Positions 1-13,343 are shown, counted from the first letter of the stretch. The stretch: 64,000 bases of DNA from Octopus vulgaris (GCA_951406725.2 OX597837.1:35898001-35962000), one strand, 5' to 3'. The notes: a model not told the origin generated them from the sequence alone. Made by a program: numbers and translations.

Positions 1-98
1 GAAAGAATGATTTTATTACTGCTGAGGTCATCTTCACCTTTCATATTTTCAGCATCAATACTAATGGGACCTGTGGAAATTCCACAGAGTGAAAAAGA

Positions 99-327
99 TT
101 AACCCTTTCGTTACTATATTTCTGTTGAGATACTCTGTGTTTCTTTCACTTACTTTAAATATAACAAAGAATTTAGTAAAATAACTTAGTTTCCTTTCAG
201 CTAGTGTTGGGAACATAAATTGGGACTAAGGTTTGGTGGAAGATTTTAATTCAAAACTTATGGAAACAAGACATTTGTACTACAGAGCCAAAGGTGGTTG
301 CAGCCAGGATGGTAACGAAAGGGTTAA
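99..327. mobile_element. piggyBac-like MITE (TTAA-flanked)
   Basis: TTAA-CCCTTTCGTTAC at 99-114 and GTAACGAAAGGG-TTAA at 312-327: 12-bp TIR starting CCC, with TTAA TSD; no ORF. Confidence 0.8.
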
Positions 328-350
328 GAATTGTTTCTCTATTATATATT

Positions 351-758
351 TTAACCTTTTTGTTACCATATTTCTGTTGAGATGCTCTGTGTTTCTTTCA
401 ATTAATTTTAAATATAACAAAGAATTTAGTAAAATAACTTAGTTTCCTTTCAGCTAGTGTTGGGAACATAAATTGGGACTAAGGTTTGGTGGAAGATTTT
501 AATTCAAAACTTATGGAAACAAGACATTTCTACTATTTTGTTACCATATTTCTGTTGAGATGCTCTGTGTTTCTTTCGATTAATTTTAAATATAACAAAG
601 GATTTAGTAAAATAACTTAGTTATCATTAAACTAGTGTTAGGAACCTAAATTGTGACTAAGGTTTGGTGGAAGATTTTAATTCAAAACTTATGGAAACAA
701 GACATTTCTACTACAAAACCAGAACTAGTTTCAGCCAGGTTGGTAGCGAAAGGGTTAA
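351..758. mobile_element. Second copy of the same piggyBac-like MITE with an internal ~180-bp tandem duplication
   Basis: TTAACCTTTTTGTTACC...GGTAGCGAAAGGGTTAA; body repeated at about 358-535 and 537-712, nearly identical to 99-327. Confidence 0.75.
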
Positions 759-1764
759 ACATGGTTAATAATGTAATCATAGGTTGACATTCCAATGTGT
801 TATATTACACCATGTGGAAGGTGGCGAGAACCATGTGGTGGGGAAACAAGCTTCTTACCACACAGCTACAACCCTGGCCAAAATTTCATTAAATGCTATG
901 CACTATTAAGGAAGTTATGAGGGAGCCAAATTGGGCAGGTGGAGTGGGGGAGGGGGGGAGACATGGAATTATAGCAGCTATACCCAAATTCAATTTTGTT
1001 CTATTCGAATCTTTTTATCAATTAGGGAGTTTTCATAGCACCCAATAAGACCCTTCAAGGGTCTCTTATATTAGATAATACAAAGACTCTAAAATAAAAG
1101 CATTCATGATGCTGGCAAAGTTACTGAAAAAGAATGTGAAGCGCCAGTTCCTTCCGTATTTGAAGAACTTTTTCGGTGCCCATAAGGCATGCTGTATAAA
1201 CAAGAAGATACCATAGAATTAGGTCCCCTCTCCCCATAACTTAGCAGTTCAGCAAAATAAGCCAATAAAATATGTATCAGGCTTTAAAATAAAGAAAAAA
1301 TGTACTGGGTTTAATTTGTTTGATTAAAACTCTTCAAGACACTGCTCCAGTATGGCCGTAGTCCAATGACTGAAACAAGCGAAAGAATAAAAGACCACAT
1401 TCTGGAATTCTTCCCTCCCCACCACCCTTCTTCTTTTTCACCCCCCTCCGACATTTTCTCTGTTCACTTGCAAATAATGAAAACATTTCGAGGGTACAAT
1501 CTCTCAGAATGGAGTATATGTGTGTGTAGAGGCTGTTGTTGCCAAATTTCCTGATGGCGTTGGCAACCGAGATGAAATGTCTTCAAGACAAAATTAGATT
1601 TAGTGAGGAGTGAATTCCACTGAATTTTTGGAAATGAAGCAGAGAAGCTGAATGCTTGAAGTGAATTAGAAAAATACTGGAGAATTGCAACATTTAAACT
1701 AAATACGCACCTCGTAAATATAATGGAATTTAGATGAAGAATATACAAAGTGATGCAGCGATTG

Positions 1765-2365
1765 CAGTGTGTGGAGATGTTGACTAGAAAGGATACGGAA
1801 TTGTGTATGCAATGAGTGGATAGATAGACACTTTGTGTACACGTTGGCCAGATAGATACTGTGTGTAAATGTTGGATGGGTAGATAGACACAGTGTGTAC
1901 ATGTTGACCTGACAGATAGACACAGTGTGTACATATTGACCAGACAGATAGACACTGTGTGTACACGAACAGACAGATAGACACTGTGTGTACACGTTGA
2001 CCAGACAGATTGACGCAGTGTGAAGATGTTGGATGGAAAGATAGATACAGTGTGTAGATGTTGACCAGATAATAGTTAGACACTTTGTGTACATGTTAAC
2101 CACATAGATAGATACAGTGTGTACACATTGACCAGACAGACAGACACAGTGTGTACACGTTGACCAGATAGACACTGTATGTAAATGTTGAGTGGAAAGA
2201 TAGATATGGTGTGTAGATGTTGATCAGATAGATTGATGCAGTGTGTACACGTTGGATGGATAGATAGACACAGTGTGTACACTTTGACTGGAAAGATACA
2301 CACAGTGTATATTGACCAGATAGCTAGACACAGTGTGTGCATGTTGACTGGAAAGATAGATACGT
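1765..2365. repeat. Degenerate minisatellite, unit ~30-38 bp (CAGTGTGTACACGTTGACCAGATAGATAGACA-like)
   Basis: More than 15 imperfect tandem units; explains the overlapping spurious ORFs at 1464-2418. Confidence 0.85.
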
Positions 2366-2395
2366 GTGTGTATGTGTAATATATATGTATTTTTT

Positions 2396-2612
2396 ATTCT
2401 TTTACTTGTTTCAGTCATTTGACTGTGGCCATGCTGGAGTACTGCCTTTAGTCGAACAAATCAAACCCAGGACTTATTCTTTGTAAGCCTAGTACTTATT
2501 CTATCGGTCTTTTTTGCCGAACCGCTAAATTACATGGATGTAAACATACCAGCATCGGTTGTCAAGCAACGATAGGGGGACAGACACAGACACACAAATA
2601 CATACATATATA
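2396..2612 (-). mobile_element. tRNA-derived SINE family A, 3' half (5' half at 3945-4125)
   Basis: Matches the 3' half of full-length copies at 8021-8445 and 15285-15725. Confidence 0.85.
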
Positions 2613-3070
2613 TCATCATCGTTTAACGTCCGCTTTGCATGCTAGCATGGGTTGGACGATTTGACCGAGGGCTGGTGAGCCAGAAGGCTGCACCAGGCTC
2701 CAATCTGATATGGCAGAGTTTCTACAGCTGGATGCCCTTCCTAGTGCCAACCACTCTGAGAATGTAGTAGGTGCTTTTACATGCCACCGGCATGAGGGCC
2801 AGTCAGGCAGTACTGGCAATGGCCACGCTCAAATGGTGCTTTTTATGTGCCACCTGCATAGGAGCCAGTCCAGGAGCACTGGCAACGACCTCACTCGAAT
2901 GTTTTTTACGTGCCACCAGCACAAGTGCCAGTAAGGTGACGCAGGTAGTGATCACACTCGAATGGTGCTTTTTACGTGCCACCAGCATGGAAACCAGTTT
3001 GTTGCTCTGGAAACGATCATGCTCGGATGGTACTCTTTAGCGCTCCACTAGCACGGATGCCAGTCATCGA
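2613..3070 (-). mobile_element. RTE-derived non-autonomous element (family E, Ceph-domain-like) with internal ~64-bp tandem units
   Basis: Reverse strand has AGGAAGGGCATCCAGCTGTAGAAA and ends CGGACGTTAAACGATGATGAT; about five tandem GTGCCGGTGGCACGTAAAAAGCACC-type units. Confidence 0.75.
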
Positions 3071-3097
<27 letters not shown>

Positions 3098-3102
<5 letters not shown>

Positions 3103-3747
3103 TAATAATAATGATGAAATTATTGTATACAGTGCTCAGGTGCACCACAACTTGTCAAAAGTGCGTATAAAGCATATGCAGTAATGTACAAATGTCTGGA
3201 AAGCGAACAATGTATGAGTCAGATACATGCTTGTGTGTGTATGGAGGGAGAAAATCAGGTGTAGTGTTGGCGAATCTCAGGAAGCATGGAAGTTTTGAAG
3301 GATGCAGTGCTCCGACAACTAACAACTGATGCCGGCAGTTTGTTCCATGCCTCAGCGTGTGTATGGAGAGAAAATCAGGTGTAGTGTTGGCGAATCTCAG
3401 GAAGCATGGAAGTTTTGAAGGATGCAGTGCTCCGACAACTAACAACTGATGCTGGCAGTTTGTTCCATGCCTCAGCGTGTGTATGGAGGAGAATATAGAG
3501 TATATGCAATAATGTACAAATGTCTGGAAAGTGAACAATGTATGAGTCAGATACATGCTTGTGTGTGTATGGAGGGGAGAAAATCAGGTGTAGTGTTGGC
3601 GAATCTCAGGAAGCATGGAAGTTTTGAAGGATGCAGTGCTCCGACAACTAACAACTGATGCCGGCAGTTTGTTCCATGCTTCAGCAACTCTTAGCGTAAA
3701 AAAAATGTTTCCGAAAGTCATGGGAGCTGTGCTGTTTTCTGACTTTT
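3098..3747 (-). mobile_element. CR1-type LINE 3' end, ORF2 C-terminus locally triplicated
   Basis: Minus strand reads KVRKQHSSHDFRKHFF/TLRVAEAWNKLPASVVSCRSTASFKTSMLPEIRQHYT* (one frameshift), the CR1 R.HFF..RV...WN.LP..VV......FK motif; (ATT)n tail; terminal segment repeated three times. Confidence 0.85.
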
Positions 3748-3944
3748 GAGATTCAGTTGAATTAGGTACTTAAGTTGAAGCACCAAGTAAGTCTGGTATT
3801 GTCCGCACAACTCAAAGTGTTTGTGCAGCTGATGATAGCCCTGCATTTAAATTGATGGAATGATTGCATTCTTCAATTAAATGGAGCCACTTGAAATGGT
3901 TGAACTGTATCACTTGTTGATATCCTGTTGCTTATTTTGATTTT

Positions 3945-4125
3945 ATACATACATATATATGATGGGCTTCTTTCAGTTTCCATCTCCCATATCCACTCTC
4001 AAGACTTTGGCTGGCTTGAGGCTGTAGTATAAGACACTTGCCCAAAGTGACACGCAGTGGGACTGAACCCGGAAGCTTGTGGTTGGGAAGCAAGCTTGTT
4101 ACCACACAGCCACTCCTGCACCTAT
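3945..4125 (-). mobile_element. SINE family A, 5' half (tRNA head plus CORE-like segment)
   Basis: Reverse strand: AGGAGTGGCTGTGTGGTAA (A box), GGGTTCAGTCCC (B box), TTGGGCAAGTGTCTT. Confidence 0.85.
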
Positions 4126-4147
4126 GTATTATTCTTTAACAAGATAT

Positions 4148-4362
4148 TGGTCTCAAATTTTGGCACCGGGACACCAAACTTTGGGGGAAGGGTTAGTCAA
4201 TTATACTGACCTCTATACACAGTTGGTACTTATTTTATCAACCCTGGGAGGAAAAAAAGGCAAAGTCAACCTCAGTGGAATTTGAACTCAGAACATAAAG
4301 ATGAGCAAAGTGCTACTAGGCCTTTTGCCCGGTGTGCTAATGGTTCTGCCAGCTCACTGACT
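4148..4362 (-). mobile_element. SINE family B (Meta/MESC-like central domain), diverged
   Basis: Reverse strand AGCTGGCAGAA...GAGTTCAAATTCCACTGAGGTTGACTTTGCCTTT; matches the other family B copies. Confidence 0.75.
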
Positions 4363-4580
4363 TATTCTTTAACAAGATATTGATTGTGGCTTTGAACTTT
4401 TCAGCCTGCTAAGTCATTTCTTTCCATAGCCAAGAAAGGCTAGAAAGTTGAAAAACTTCGAAGTCACTGTCGGCACTATTCTTGCTTGATAATAATGAAT
4501 TTCTACTCTAGAAAAATATTGAGTCAGCCATCAGATTCATGTAAGATTGTTTTTTTAATATTAACTGAACATAGAATCAA

Positions 4581-4615
<35 letters not shown>

Positions 4616-4636
4616 TGTATGTATGTATGTATGTAT

Positions 4637-4671
<35 letters not shown>

Positions 4672-4740
4672 AAGATGATGTTGACACATTATCATAATTC
4701 TCATCTTTTAACTTCTGACTTAAATGCTGTGTATGTATGC

Positions 4741-4801
<61 letters not shown>

Positions 4802-6160
4802 TGTATGTATGTATGTATGTATGTATGTGTGTGTGTATATATATATATATGTATGTATGTGTGTGTATATATATATATATATGTGTATGTGTGTGTGTAT
4901 ATATATATATATATATGTATGTATGTGTGTGTATATGTATGTATGTGTGTGTATGTATGTGTGTATATGTATATATATATATATATGTATGTGTGTATAT
5001 GTATATATATATATATGTATGTGTGTATATGTATATATATATATATGTATGTGTGTATATGTATATATATATATATATGTATGTGTGTATATGTATATAT
5101 ATATATATGTATGTGTGTATATGTATATATATGTATGTGTGTATATATATGTATATATATGTATGTGAGTATATGTATATATATATATATATGTATGTGT
5201 GCATATGTATATATGTATGTGTGCATATGTATATATAGTTATGTGTGTATATATATATGTGTATATATATATGTATGTGTGTATATATGTATATGTGTGT
5301 GTATATATATATATGTATATATGTGTGTGTGTGTGTGTGTGTATATATATACACACACATACACATGTATGTGTGTATATATGTGTGTGTATATATATAT
5401 GTATATATATATATATAAATGCGTGTGTCCATATACACCCATTTTCCTCACATTTCCACAAATCTTCTACTTCAATATCTCAACATATTTTTGGTAATTC
5501 TCTGTAATTTCTTTTGCTCTTTGAGAATAGTTCCAAGCTGAAAGTTTCTATAACTGGAATCAGTTCCATAACACTGGTTGTCCACTCCAGTCTTTAAGAA
5601 TGTCCATAACATAATAACTGGCCATTACTTTGGCCACTGACCAATCTGTTCGCCTCTCAGTCAATTTAGCTGATTTTCTAAGTTGCATTCGCTAGAGTGG
5701 ACTGGAGATGACTGGACGTGCGTGTGAGAGATGTGTGTATGTGTGTATATTTATATAAAAGTGTGGTATATATGCATATATATAAGTGTAGGTGTATGGG
5801 TGTGTATGTATGTATGTATGCATATATTTATATAAAAGTGTGGTATATATACACATATATATACTATATGTGTGTGTAGATATATATACTTGTTTACGTA
5901 TGTGTGTGTATTGTATATACATTTTTATACATACATGTTTATGTATGTGTGTGTGTGTATATATGTATGCTTATATTTATATAAAAGTGTTGTATATGTG
6001 CATATATATAAGTGTAGGTGTGTGGGTGAGTATATATGTATGCATATATTTATATAAAAGTGTGGTATATATGCATATATATATATATATATATATGCTA
6101 TATAAGTGTGTATATGTATAGACATGTGTATACATACATGTTTACATGTGTGTGTATGTG

Positions 6161-6209
<49 letters not shown>

Positions 6210-6260
6210 TACAGACAAATATATTTATGCAGCTATATTCATACACATACATGTATGTAT
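4581..6260. repeat. Compound (TATG)n/(TA)n/(TG)n microsatellite field, with a unique island at about 5430-5715
   Basis: Directly visible; source of many Y/I/C/V/M/H/T-rich spurious ORFs. Confidence 0.95.
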
Positions 6261-6588
6261 CTGTATCACACAAAACATTGAATTCTGTTTCTTCTTTTGG
6301 TGAATTTTTCTTTATTGTACACTTCTTTGAGTGTTGTTTTTTTGCTTTATATTTTTCTGCTTTTTCTATCATTTTGTTTTCACTTGTTTGATTCAACATA
6401 TATTTTGTTTGTTTCCTCTCTGCTTTAAAATCTCACTCATGTTCTTTGTGTAATTTGTGTGTGTGTGTGTGTGTGTAGATACACGTGTGTGTATTAGTGC
6501 GTGATGTAACATGCATGTATGTGACATAGTGTATTTTTTATTCATTTATATGTACATATATATATATATGTGTGTAGAGGTATGTATC

Positions 6589-6625
<37 letters not shown>

Positions 6626-6628
<3 letters not shown>

Positions 6629-6934
6629 CGTTAACACCGTGACCGACCAGGCTATCAGATGTTGCTACACATCGCTGGTCACAATGTGCTTCGCATTGTT
6701 TTAGCCTTCAAATGACGCCACCCCACTGGCTAAGCGAGCAGGCCAACAGAAGAAAGAGTGAGAGAAAGTTGTGGCAAAAGAGTACAGCAGGGATCGCCAC
6801 CACCCACTACCAGAGCCACGTGGAACTTTAGGTGTTTTCACTCAATAAACACTCACAACGCCTGGTCTGGGAATTGAAACCACAATCCTACAACCACAAG
6901 TCTGCTGCCCTAACCACTGAGCCATTGCGCCTCC
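6626..6934 (-). mobile_element. tRNA-derived SINE family C, tail type 1
   Basis: Reverse strand GGAGGCGCAATGGCTCAGTGGTTAGGGCAG...GGTTTCAATTCCC; colinear with 27331-27630. Confidence 0.85.
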
Positions 6935-7155
6935 ACACACACACACATATATATATATATGTATGTGTCTGCATATGTGAAATATCTATGTATGTGTCTA
7001 TGTGTGTGTACATAGATATACATATGTACATGTATGAGTGTATGTATATCCATACATGTAACTCCCAATAAATTTGTTGGGTGCCCATCTTTGGTTTGTC
7101 CACTTACTTGTGTGTGTGTATATATATATATATATGTATGTATGTATTTATGTAT

Positions 7156-7550
7156 ATGAGGGGGTGTTCATCAAAGATTTGCCCTGACCCACTTCCCCGG
7201 GACTGGGATAAATGAAACTTGGCATAATTGTTAGTGCTTCTCTCCATGGCCACCACCAATGGTGACACACTTCTCTCTTTGCTTTGTGCAGCTATGAAGA
7301 CCTCGTCTGTAGAAGTTGGTAGGTTGTGTCTGCAGCCAAGACTTTACCTCAGAAATAAGTTTATCGTCCTCCGGAAAGTGCTTCCCTTTCAAGAAAAGAC
7401 TTCATGGTTGGAAACAGGTGAAAGTCAGATGGTGCAAGGTCAGGAGAGTAAGGGGGATGAGGAAGACCTTCATAGCCACAGGAGCGTGCTTTCATTTGGG
7501 TAGCATGCACATTGTGAATTAGGGTGTTGTCTTGGAAGAGGTGGACTTCT
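7156..7550 (-). mobile_element. mariner transposon 3' fragment (transposase pseudogene)
   Basis: Minus-strand peptide EGLPHPPYSPDLAPSDFHLFPTMK contains the mariner YSPDLAPSD motif; terminus TATGAGGGGG. Confidence 0.85.
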
Positions 7551-7567
7551 ATGTATGTATGTATGTT

Positions 7568-7729
7568 GAGGTGCCAGCACAAGTGTGGTAAGAACTTTGC
7601 TTCCCAACCACATGGTTCTGGGTTCAGTCCCACTGTCTGGCACCTTGGGCAAGTAGCTTCCGTTATAACCTCAGCCAACCAAAGGCTTGTGAGTGGTTTT
7701 GGTTGATGGAAACTGAAAGAAGCCCAATG

Positions 7730-7780
<51 letters not shown>

Positions 7781-8177
7781 TGTCTGTGTATGTATGTGTT
7801 TGTGTGTCTGTATTTGTCTCCCCCCACCATCGCTTGACAACCGATATTGGTGTGTTTATGTCTGCATAACCTAGCAGTTTGGCAAAGGAGACTGATTGAA
7901 TACGTACTAGGCTTACAAAGAACGTCCTGGGGCTTGATTTGTTTGTCTAAAAGGTGGTGCTCCAGCATGGCCCCGCTGTCAAACGACTGAAACAAGTAAA
8001 AGAAATTAAAATAAATATATAGGAGTGGCTGTGTGGTAAGTAGCTTGCTAACCAACCACATGGTTCCGGGTTCAGTCCCACTGCGTGGCACCTTGGGCAA
8101 GTGTCTTCTGCTATAGCCTCGGGCCGACCAAAGCCTTGTGAGTGGATTTGGTAGACAGAAACTGAAAGAAGCCTGTC

Positions 8178-8235
<58 letters not shown>

Positions 8236-8445
8236 ATGTGTTTGTGTGTCTGTGTTTGTCCCCCTAGCGTTGCTTGACAACCGATGCTGGTATGTTTACG
8301 TCCCCGTCACTTAGCGGTTCGGCAAAAGAGACCAATAGAATAAATACTGGGCTTACAAAGAATAAGTCCCGGGGTCGATTTGCTCGACTAAAGGCGGTGC
8401 TCCAGCATGGCCGCAGTCAAATGACTGAAACAAGTAAAAGAATAA
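7568..8445 (+). mobile_element. Two head-to-tail family A SINEs (7568-8005 diverged; 8021-8445 young, full length)
   Basis: A box TGGCTGTGTGG, B box GGTTCAGTCCC, CCTTGGGCAAGT, internal (TA)n(TG)n, tail CCAGCATGGCCGCAGTCAAATGACTGAAACAAGTAAAAG. Confidence 0.9.
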
Positions 8446-8739
8446 AAATAAATAAATATATATATATATATATATATGACCTCCCACTGTATTTCTGCTT
8501 TTCTCTCTCACTATTCTCTCTCTCTCTCTCTCTCTCTTTCCTTGTCTCCTTTCATCGCCCACCCACATCCGTCATGGTTTTATTGTATTAAATCCTAGAT
8601 TGGAAAGCTTTTCCGATCTGTCCATGTCGATATGGCAGTTGCACGTTTCCTTCACAAATAATTAAATATGAAAGATTCTTGGAAAAATTTTTCTTCTATT
8701 TGGAAATTCTGACAAATTATACATGTGCGTGTGACATAT

Positions 8740-8924
8740 ACGCATATGTAAATGTATGTGTGTATGTGTGTGGGTGTGTATACATATGCATGGGTGTATA
8801 CATAAATATATGTATTCATATATTTATATAGATACATACATGTTTACATATATATATATACATACATATATCTATATATATACATACACATATATATTTA
8901 TATACATATACATACATATATCTG

Positions 8925-8958
<34 letters not shown>

Positions 8959-9400
8959 TATATTTATACATATATATATATATACACACACACACATACA
9001 TACATATATTTATATATGTATATACATATATATATATATATATACACACACATATATACATACATATATATATATATATACATATACACATATACATACA
9101 TATATGTATATATGTATATATATATGTATGTACACACATATACATACATATATGTATATACATATATATTATATATATACACACATATATATACATACAT
9201 ATATATATATATATATACACACATATATGTATATATGTATATATATATGTATGTACACACATATACATACATATATGTATATACATATATACACACATAT
9301 ATATACCCACACACATATATATATATATATGTATTTATGTATATATGTGTGTGTGTGTATATTTATATATATGTGTGTATATATGTTTTGTATGTATGTA
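8740..9400. repeat. Compound (TA)n/(CA)n/(TACA)n microsatellite
   Basis: Directly visible. Confidence 0.95.
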
Positions 9401-9743
9401 TAATACAGATATAGGTCAGAATTTCCAATGATATTTGTTCAGTTCTTTCAAATAAACAGCCAGGCTCATCGAATTAGTAAGTGGCTGAGTATCTCACTGA
9501 CACATCTACTCTTAACATGGCTGTCACATTGGTTGAGTGTGACCTTTAAATTACTGGTACAGTCAAATAAACGGGCTTCCACACAGTTTCCATGGACAGA
9601 ATTTTCATCACAAGACATGGATCAACCCAAGGTTATAATGAAAGAAACTTGCCCCGGATGCCAACGTGTGGGACTGAACCCTAGGTTTTGTGATTATGAA
9701 GTAAACAGCAGTACAGGGTCTCTCTCTCTCTCTGCATATATAT

Positions 9744-9955
9744 ACTCTTTTACTTGTTTCAGTCATTTGACTGCGGCCATGCTGGAGCACCGCCTTTAGT
9801 CGATCAAATCGACCCCGGAACTTATTCTTTGTAAGCCCAGTACTTATTCTATCGGTCTCTTTTGCCGAACCGCTAAGTGACGGGGACGTAAACACACCAG
9901 CATCGGTTGTCAAGCAATGCCAGGGGGACAAAACACAGACACACAAACACACACA

Positions 9956-9993
<38 letters not shown>

Positions 9994-10927
9994 TACGACG
10001 GGCTTCTTTCAGTTTCCGTCTACCAAATCCACTCACAAGGCTTTGGTCGGCCCGGAGCTATAGCAGAAGACACTTGCCCAAGATGCCACGCAGTGGGACT
10101 GAACCCGGAACCATGTGGTTGGTTAGCAAGCTACTTACCACACAGCCACATAATGTATATATATTTCATTTACTTCAGACATTTGACACCAGCCATGCTG
10201 GAGCACCGACTTTAGTCAAACAAATTGACCCCAGGACTTATTCTTTGTAAGCCTAGTACTTATTCTATCAGTCTCTTTTGCCGAAACACTAAGTTACAGG
10301 GACGTAAACACACCAACATTGGTTGTCAAGTGATGGTGGGGACAATCACACACACTGACACACACACATACAACAGGCTTCTTTTAGTTTCCATCTACCA
10401 ATCCACTCTCAAGCTTTGGTCAGCCCGAGGCTATAGTAGAAGACATTTGCCCAAGGTGCCACACAATGGGACTGAACCCAGAACCAGTGGTTGGGAAGCA
10501 AGCTTCTTACCACACAGCCACTCCTGTGCCTATGTATATATGTATGTATGCATATTTAGGTGCAGGTGTGGATGTGTGGTAAGAAGCTTGCTTCCCAACC
10601 ACATGGTTCCAGGTTCAATCCCACTATGTGACATCTTGAGCAAGTTTCTTCTACTATAACCTAGGGCTAACCTAAGTCTAGTGAGTGGATTTGGTAGATG
10701 GAAACTGTAAGAAGCCTGTTATATATACGTGTTTGTCCTCCACCGTCGCTTGACAACAGGTGTTGATGTGTTTATAGCCTTGTGACTTAGTGGTTTGGTA
10801 AAAAGTGACTGATAGAATAAGTACCAGGCATTTTAAAATAAACCTTGTGGTTGATTAGATTGATTAAAATTCCTCGAGGTGGTGCCCCAGCATGGCCACA
10901 GTCTAATGACCGAAACAAGTAAAAGAG
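9744..10927. mobile_element. Cluster of three family A SINEs: 9744-10149 (-), 10165-10531 (-), 10557-10927 (+)
   Basis: Each is colinear with 8021-8445; the last two are head-to-head. Confidence 0.9.
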
Positions 10928-11116
10928 GAAACATAATGTGCATCTGTGTGTGTGTGTGTGTGTGTGTAATTGAATATATACATGTATATAAATATAAATC
11001 TGTGTGTGTATAATGGAGATATATATACACACACATGCATGAGGTGTGGCACTTATTTACAGCTATGAGGCACATTACTGTATAAATATATTTTGACTTA
11101 AGTATGTGTGTGTATG

Positions 11117-11151
<35 letters not shown>

Positions 11152-11165
11152 TTATAAGATATGCA

Positions 11166-11216
<51 letters not shown>

Positions 11217-11920
11217 TTATGCTAGTGTGTGTGTGTCTATATATATATATGTATAATGTTTGTGTGTGTATATACATATATATATATTTATGCTAGTGTG
11301 TGTGTCTATATATATATATATATATGTATAATGTTTGTGTGTGTATATACATATATATATATTTATACTAGTGTGTGTGTGTCTATATATATATATGTAT
11401 AATGTTTGTGTGTGTATATATATTTATGCAAGTTTGTGTGTATGTGTATATATATAATGTTTGTATGTATGTATGTATGTATGTATGTATGTATATATAT
11501 ATACTTATATAGGTTTATGTGTGTGCATATATATTTATGTAAATTTGTGTTTGTGTGTAAATGTATGTATATATATATATATGTTAAGTGTATATACGTT
11601 TATACACACATGAATCTCTTTAAATATAAATATATATCGACATAAATATACCACACACATATTTATATTGTGTGTGTGTGTGTGTGTGTGTGTGAGCTGA
11701 TCTTTGCTTTATAGTGGGGTTGCAGATTAAATAATGACTGAGCTGCCCTCTGGTGGTTGACAGGAAGCTATTAAGGAAAGTGAACTCTTTTAGTGTTAAG
11801 AGAATATTTCCTTTGATTAGAAACTCTTGTGAAAGAAAGTAGTGGAGTGTGTGTGTTATATGTGAGCATGTTATATGTGTGTATGTCTGTGTGTGGACAT
11901 GCGTATTTGAGCATGTGCAC

Positions 11921-11969
<49 letters not shown>

Positions 11970-11994
11970 CATATATATATATATACATGCATGT

Positions 11995-12430
11995 AGGAAG
12001 GTTAACAGAGAACATAGCGTTTGTATGTGGGAGATGTACCAGAGACATAAATTCTTCAGATATGGAGGGAGAACTGATTTCTTCAAATGCCCCGAGGCTC
12101 TTTAGAGGTTGTGAATAACTTCTGCTACCAAGGTGACCTAATTTGCAGCAGAGGAGGATGTACTGACAGCATAGTTGCCAGAATAAGAACAGAACGGGGT
12201 AAGTTCAGAGAACTTTTACCTCTGTTGGTAACCAAAGATCCATGGTGCACGTGTATGAACAGCGAAGCTACATGGTAGTGAGACACGGGCCCTGAATGTA
12301 GAGGACATGTGAAGACTAGATAGGAATGAAGCTGGAATGATCTGCTGGGATGTGTGATGTCAGTGTAGATGTGTTACAGTGTGCTGGTGTGTTGAGAGCA
12401 AAGTTAGGCATGAGAGGAATTAGACGTAGC
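11995..12430 (+). mobile_element. RTE-clade LINE fragment (end of RT domain and downstream region)
   Basis: SLEVVNNFCYQGDLICSRGGCTDSIVARIRTERGKFRELLPLL, then HGSETRALNVEDM*RLDRNEAGMI, matching RTE F.YLG....GGC...V.ARI...W.KFREL and YGSETW motifs; stops and frameshifts. Confidence 0.8.
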
Positions 12431-12977
12431 AAGAGTGAATTTGTATCGTATAAACAGGAGAGGAGGCGGGGTTGTTTATAGTGAGCAAATGTTTGTGCAT
12501 CAGCCCAGTCCTTTCATCAAATTTCATCTACAGGTGTGTTGCATTTACAGGTGTGTTGATTTACAGGTGTGTTGTGTGCCATTTGTCAGACGTTGACATG
12601 ATCTCAGAGCAACTCGAAATGGACCAATCCAGTCTGAACATTGAAATCACGATCTTGCAATTGTGAATACAACACCCTAAACACTAGGCCACACGCACAC
12701 ACACACACACACACACACTCTCTCTCTCTCTAACTCCCTCTCTCTAACTCATTTTCTCTCTCTCTTGCTAACACTCTCTTTCCCTAACACTCCCTCTTTC
12801 TCTCCCTCTCTCTAACACACTCTCTCTTTCTCTCTCTCTCACTAACACTTTCCCCCTCTCTCTCTCTAACACTCTCTCTCTCTCTCTCTCTAACACTGTT
12901 TCTCTCTCACTAACATTCTCCCTCTCTCTCTCTCTCTCTCTCTCTCATATACATGCACACACATGTATCTTTTATCT

Positions 12978-13343
12978 TCTTTTATTTGTTTCAGTTATCA
13001 GATTGTGGCCATGCTGGGGCACCTTGGACAAGTGTCTTCTACTATAGCCTTACCTTGACCAAAGCCTTGTGAGTGGATTTTGTAGACGGAAACTGAAAGA
13101 AGCCCGTCGTATGTGTGTGTGTGTGTTTGTGTGTGTCTGTGTTTGTGTGTCTGTTTGTCCCCCCCGAACCATTGCGTGACAACCGATGTTGGTGTGTTCA
13201 CGTCCCTGTAACTTAACGGTTTGGCAAAAGAAACTGATAGAATAAGTACTAGGCTTACAAAGGATGAGTCCTGGGGTCAAATTGTTTGACTGAAGGCGGT
13301 GCCCCAGCATGGCCGCAGTCAAATGACTGAAACAAATAAAAGA
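12978..13343 (+). mobile_element. 5'-truncated family A SINE (13020-13343) joined to an inverted family-A-type tail (12978-13023)
   Basis: Junction GCTGGGGCACC|TTGGACAAG. Confidence 0.75.

Noticed and set aside
1464-1770. Unique-looking stretch within the 163-aa ORF
   Set aside because: No recognisable protein motif in the frames checked; the ORF's length comes from the adjacent minisatellite
2770-3065. CRISPR-like repeat/spacer appearance (also 14473-14662 and 53881-54125)
   Set aside because: Eukaryotic context with no cas genes. At 2770 and 14473 the spacers are mutually homologous and lie in a dispersed retroelement; at 53881 the repeat is only about 10 bp with irregular spacing
4486-5507. 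Long ORFs of up to 294 aa rich in Y/I/C/V/M/H/T (also 8756-9414, 35334-36182, 43179-43766, 49140-51108, 63343-63982)
   Set aside because: Translations of dinucleotide microsatellites, open in several frames on both strands
5430-5715. Unique island within the microsatellite field
   Set aside because: Short open frames only, with no recognisable homology or termini
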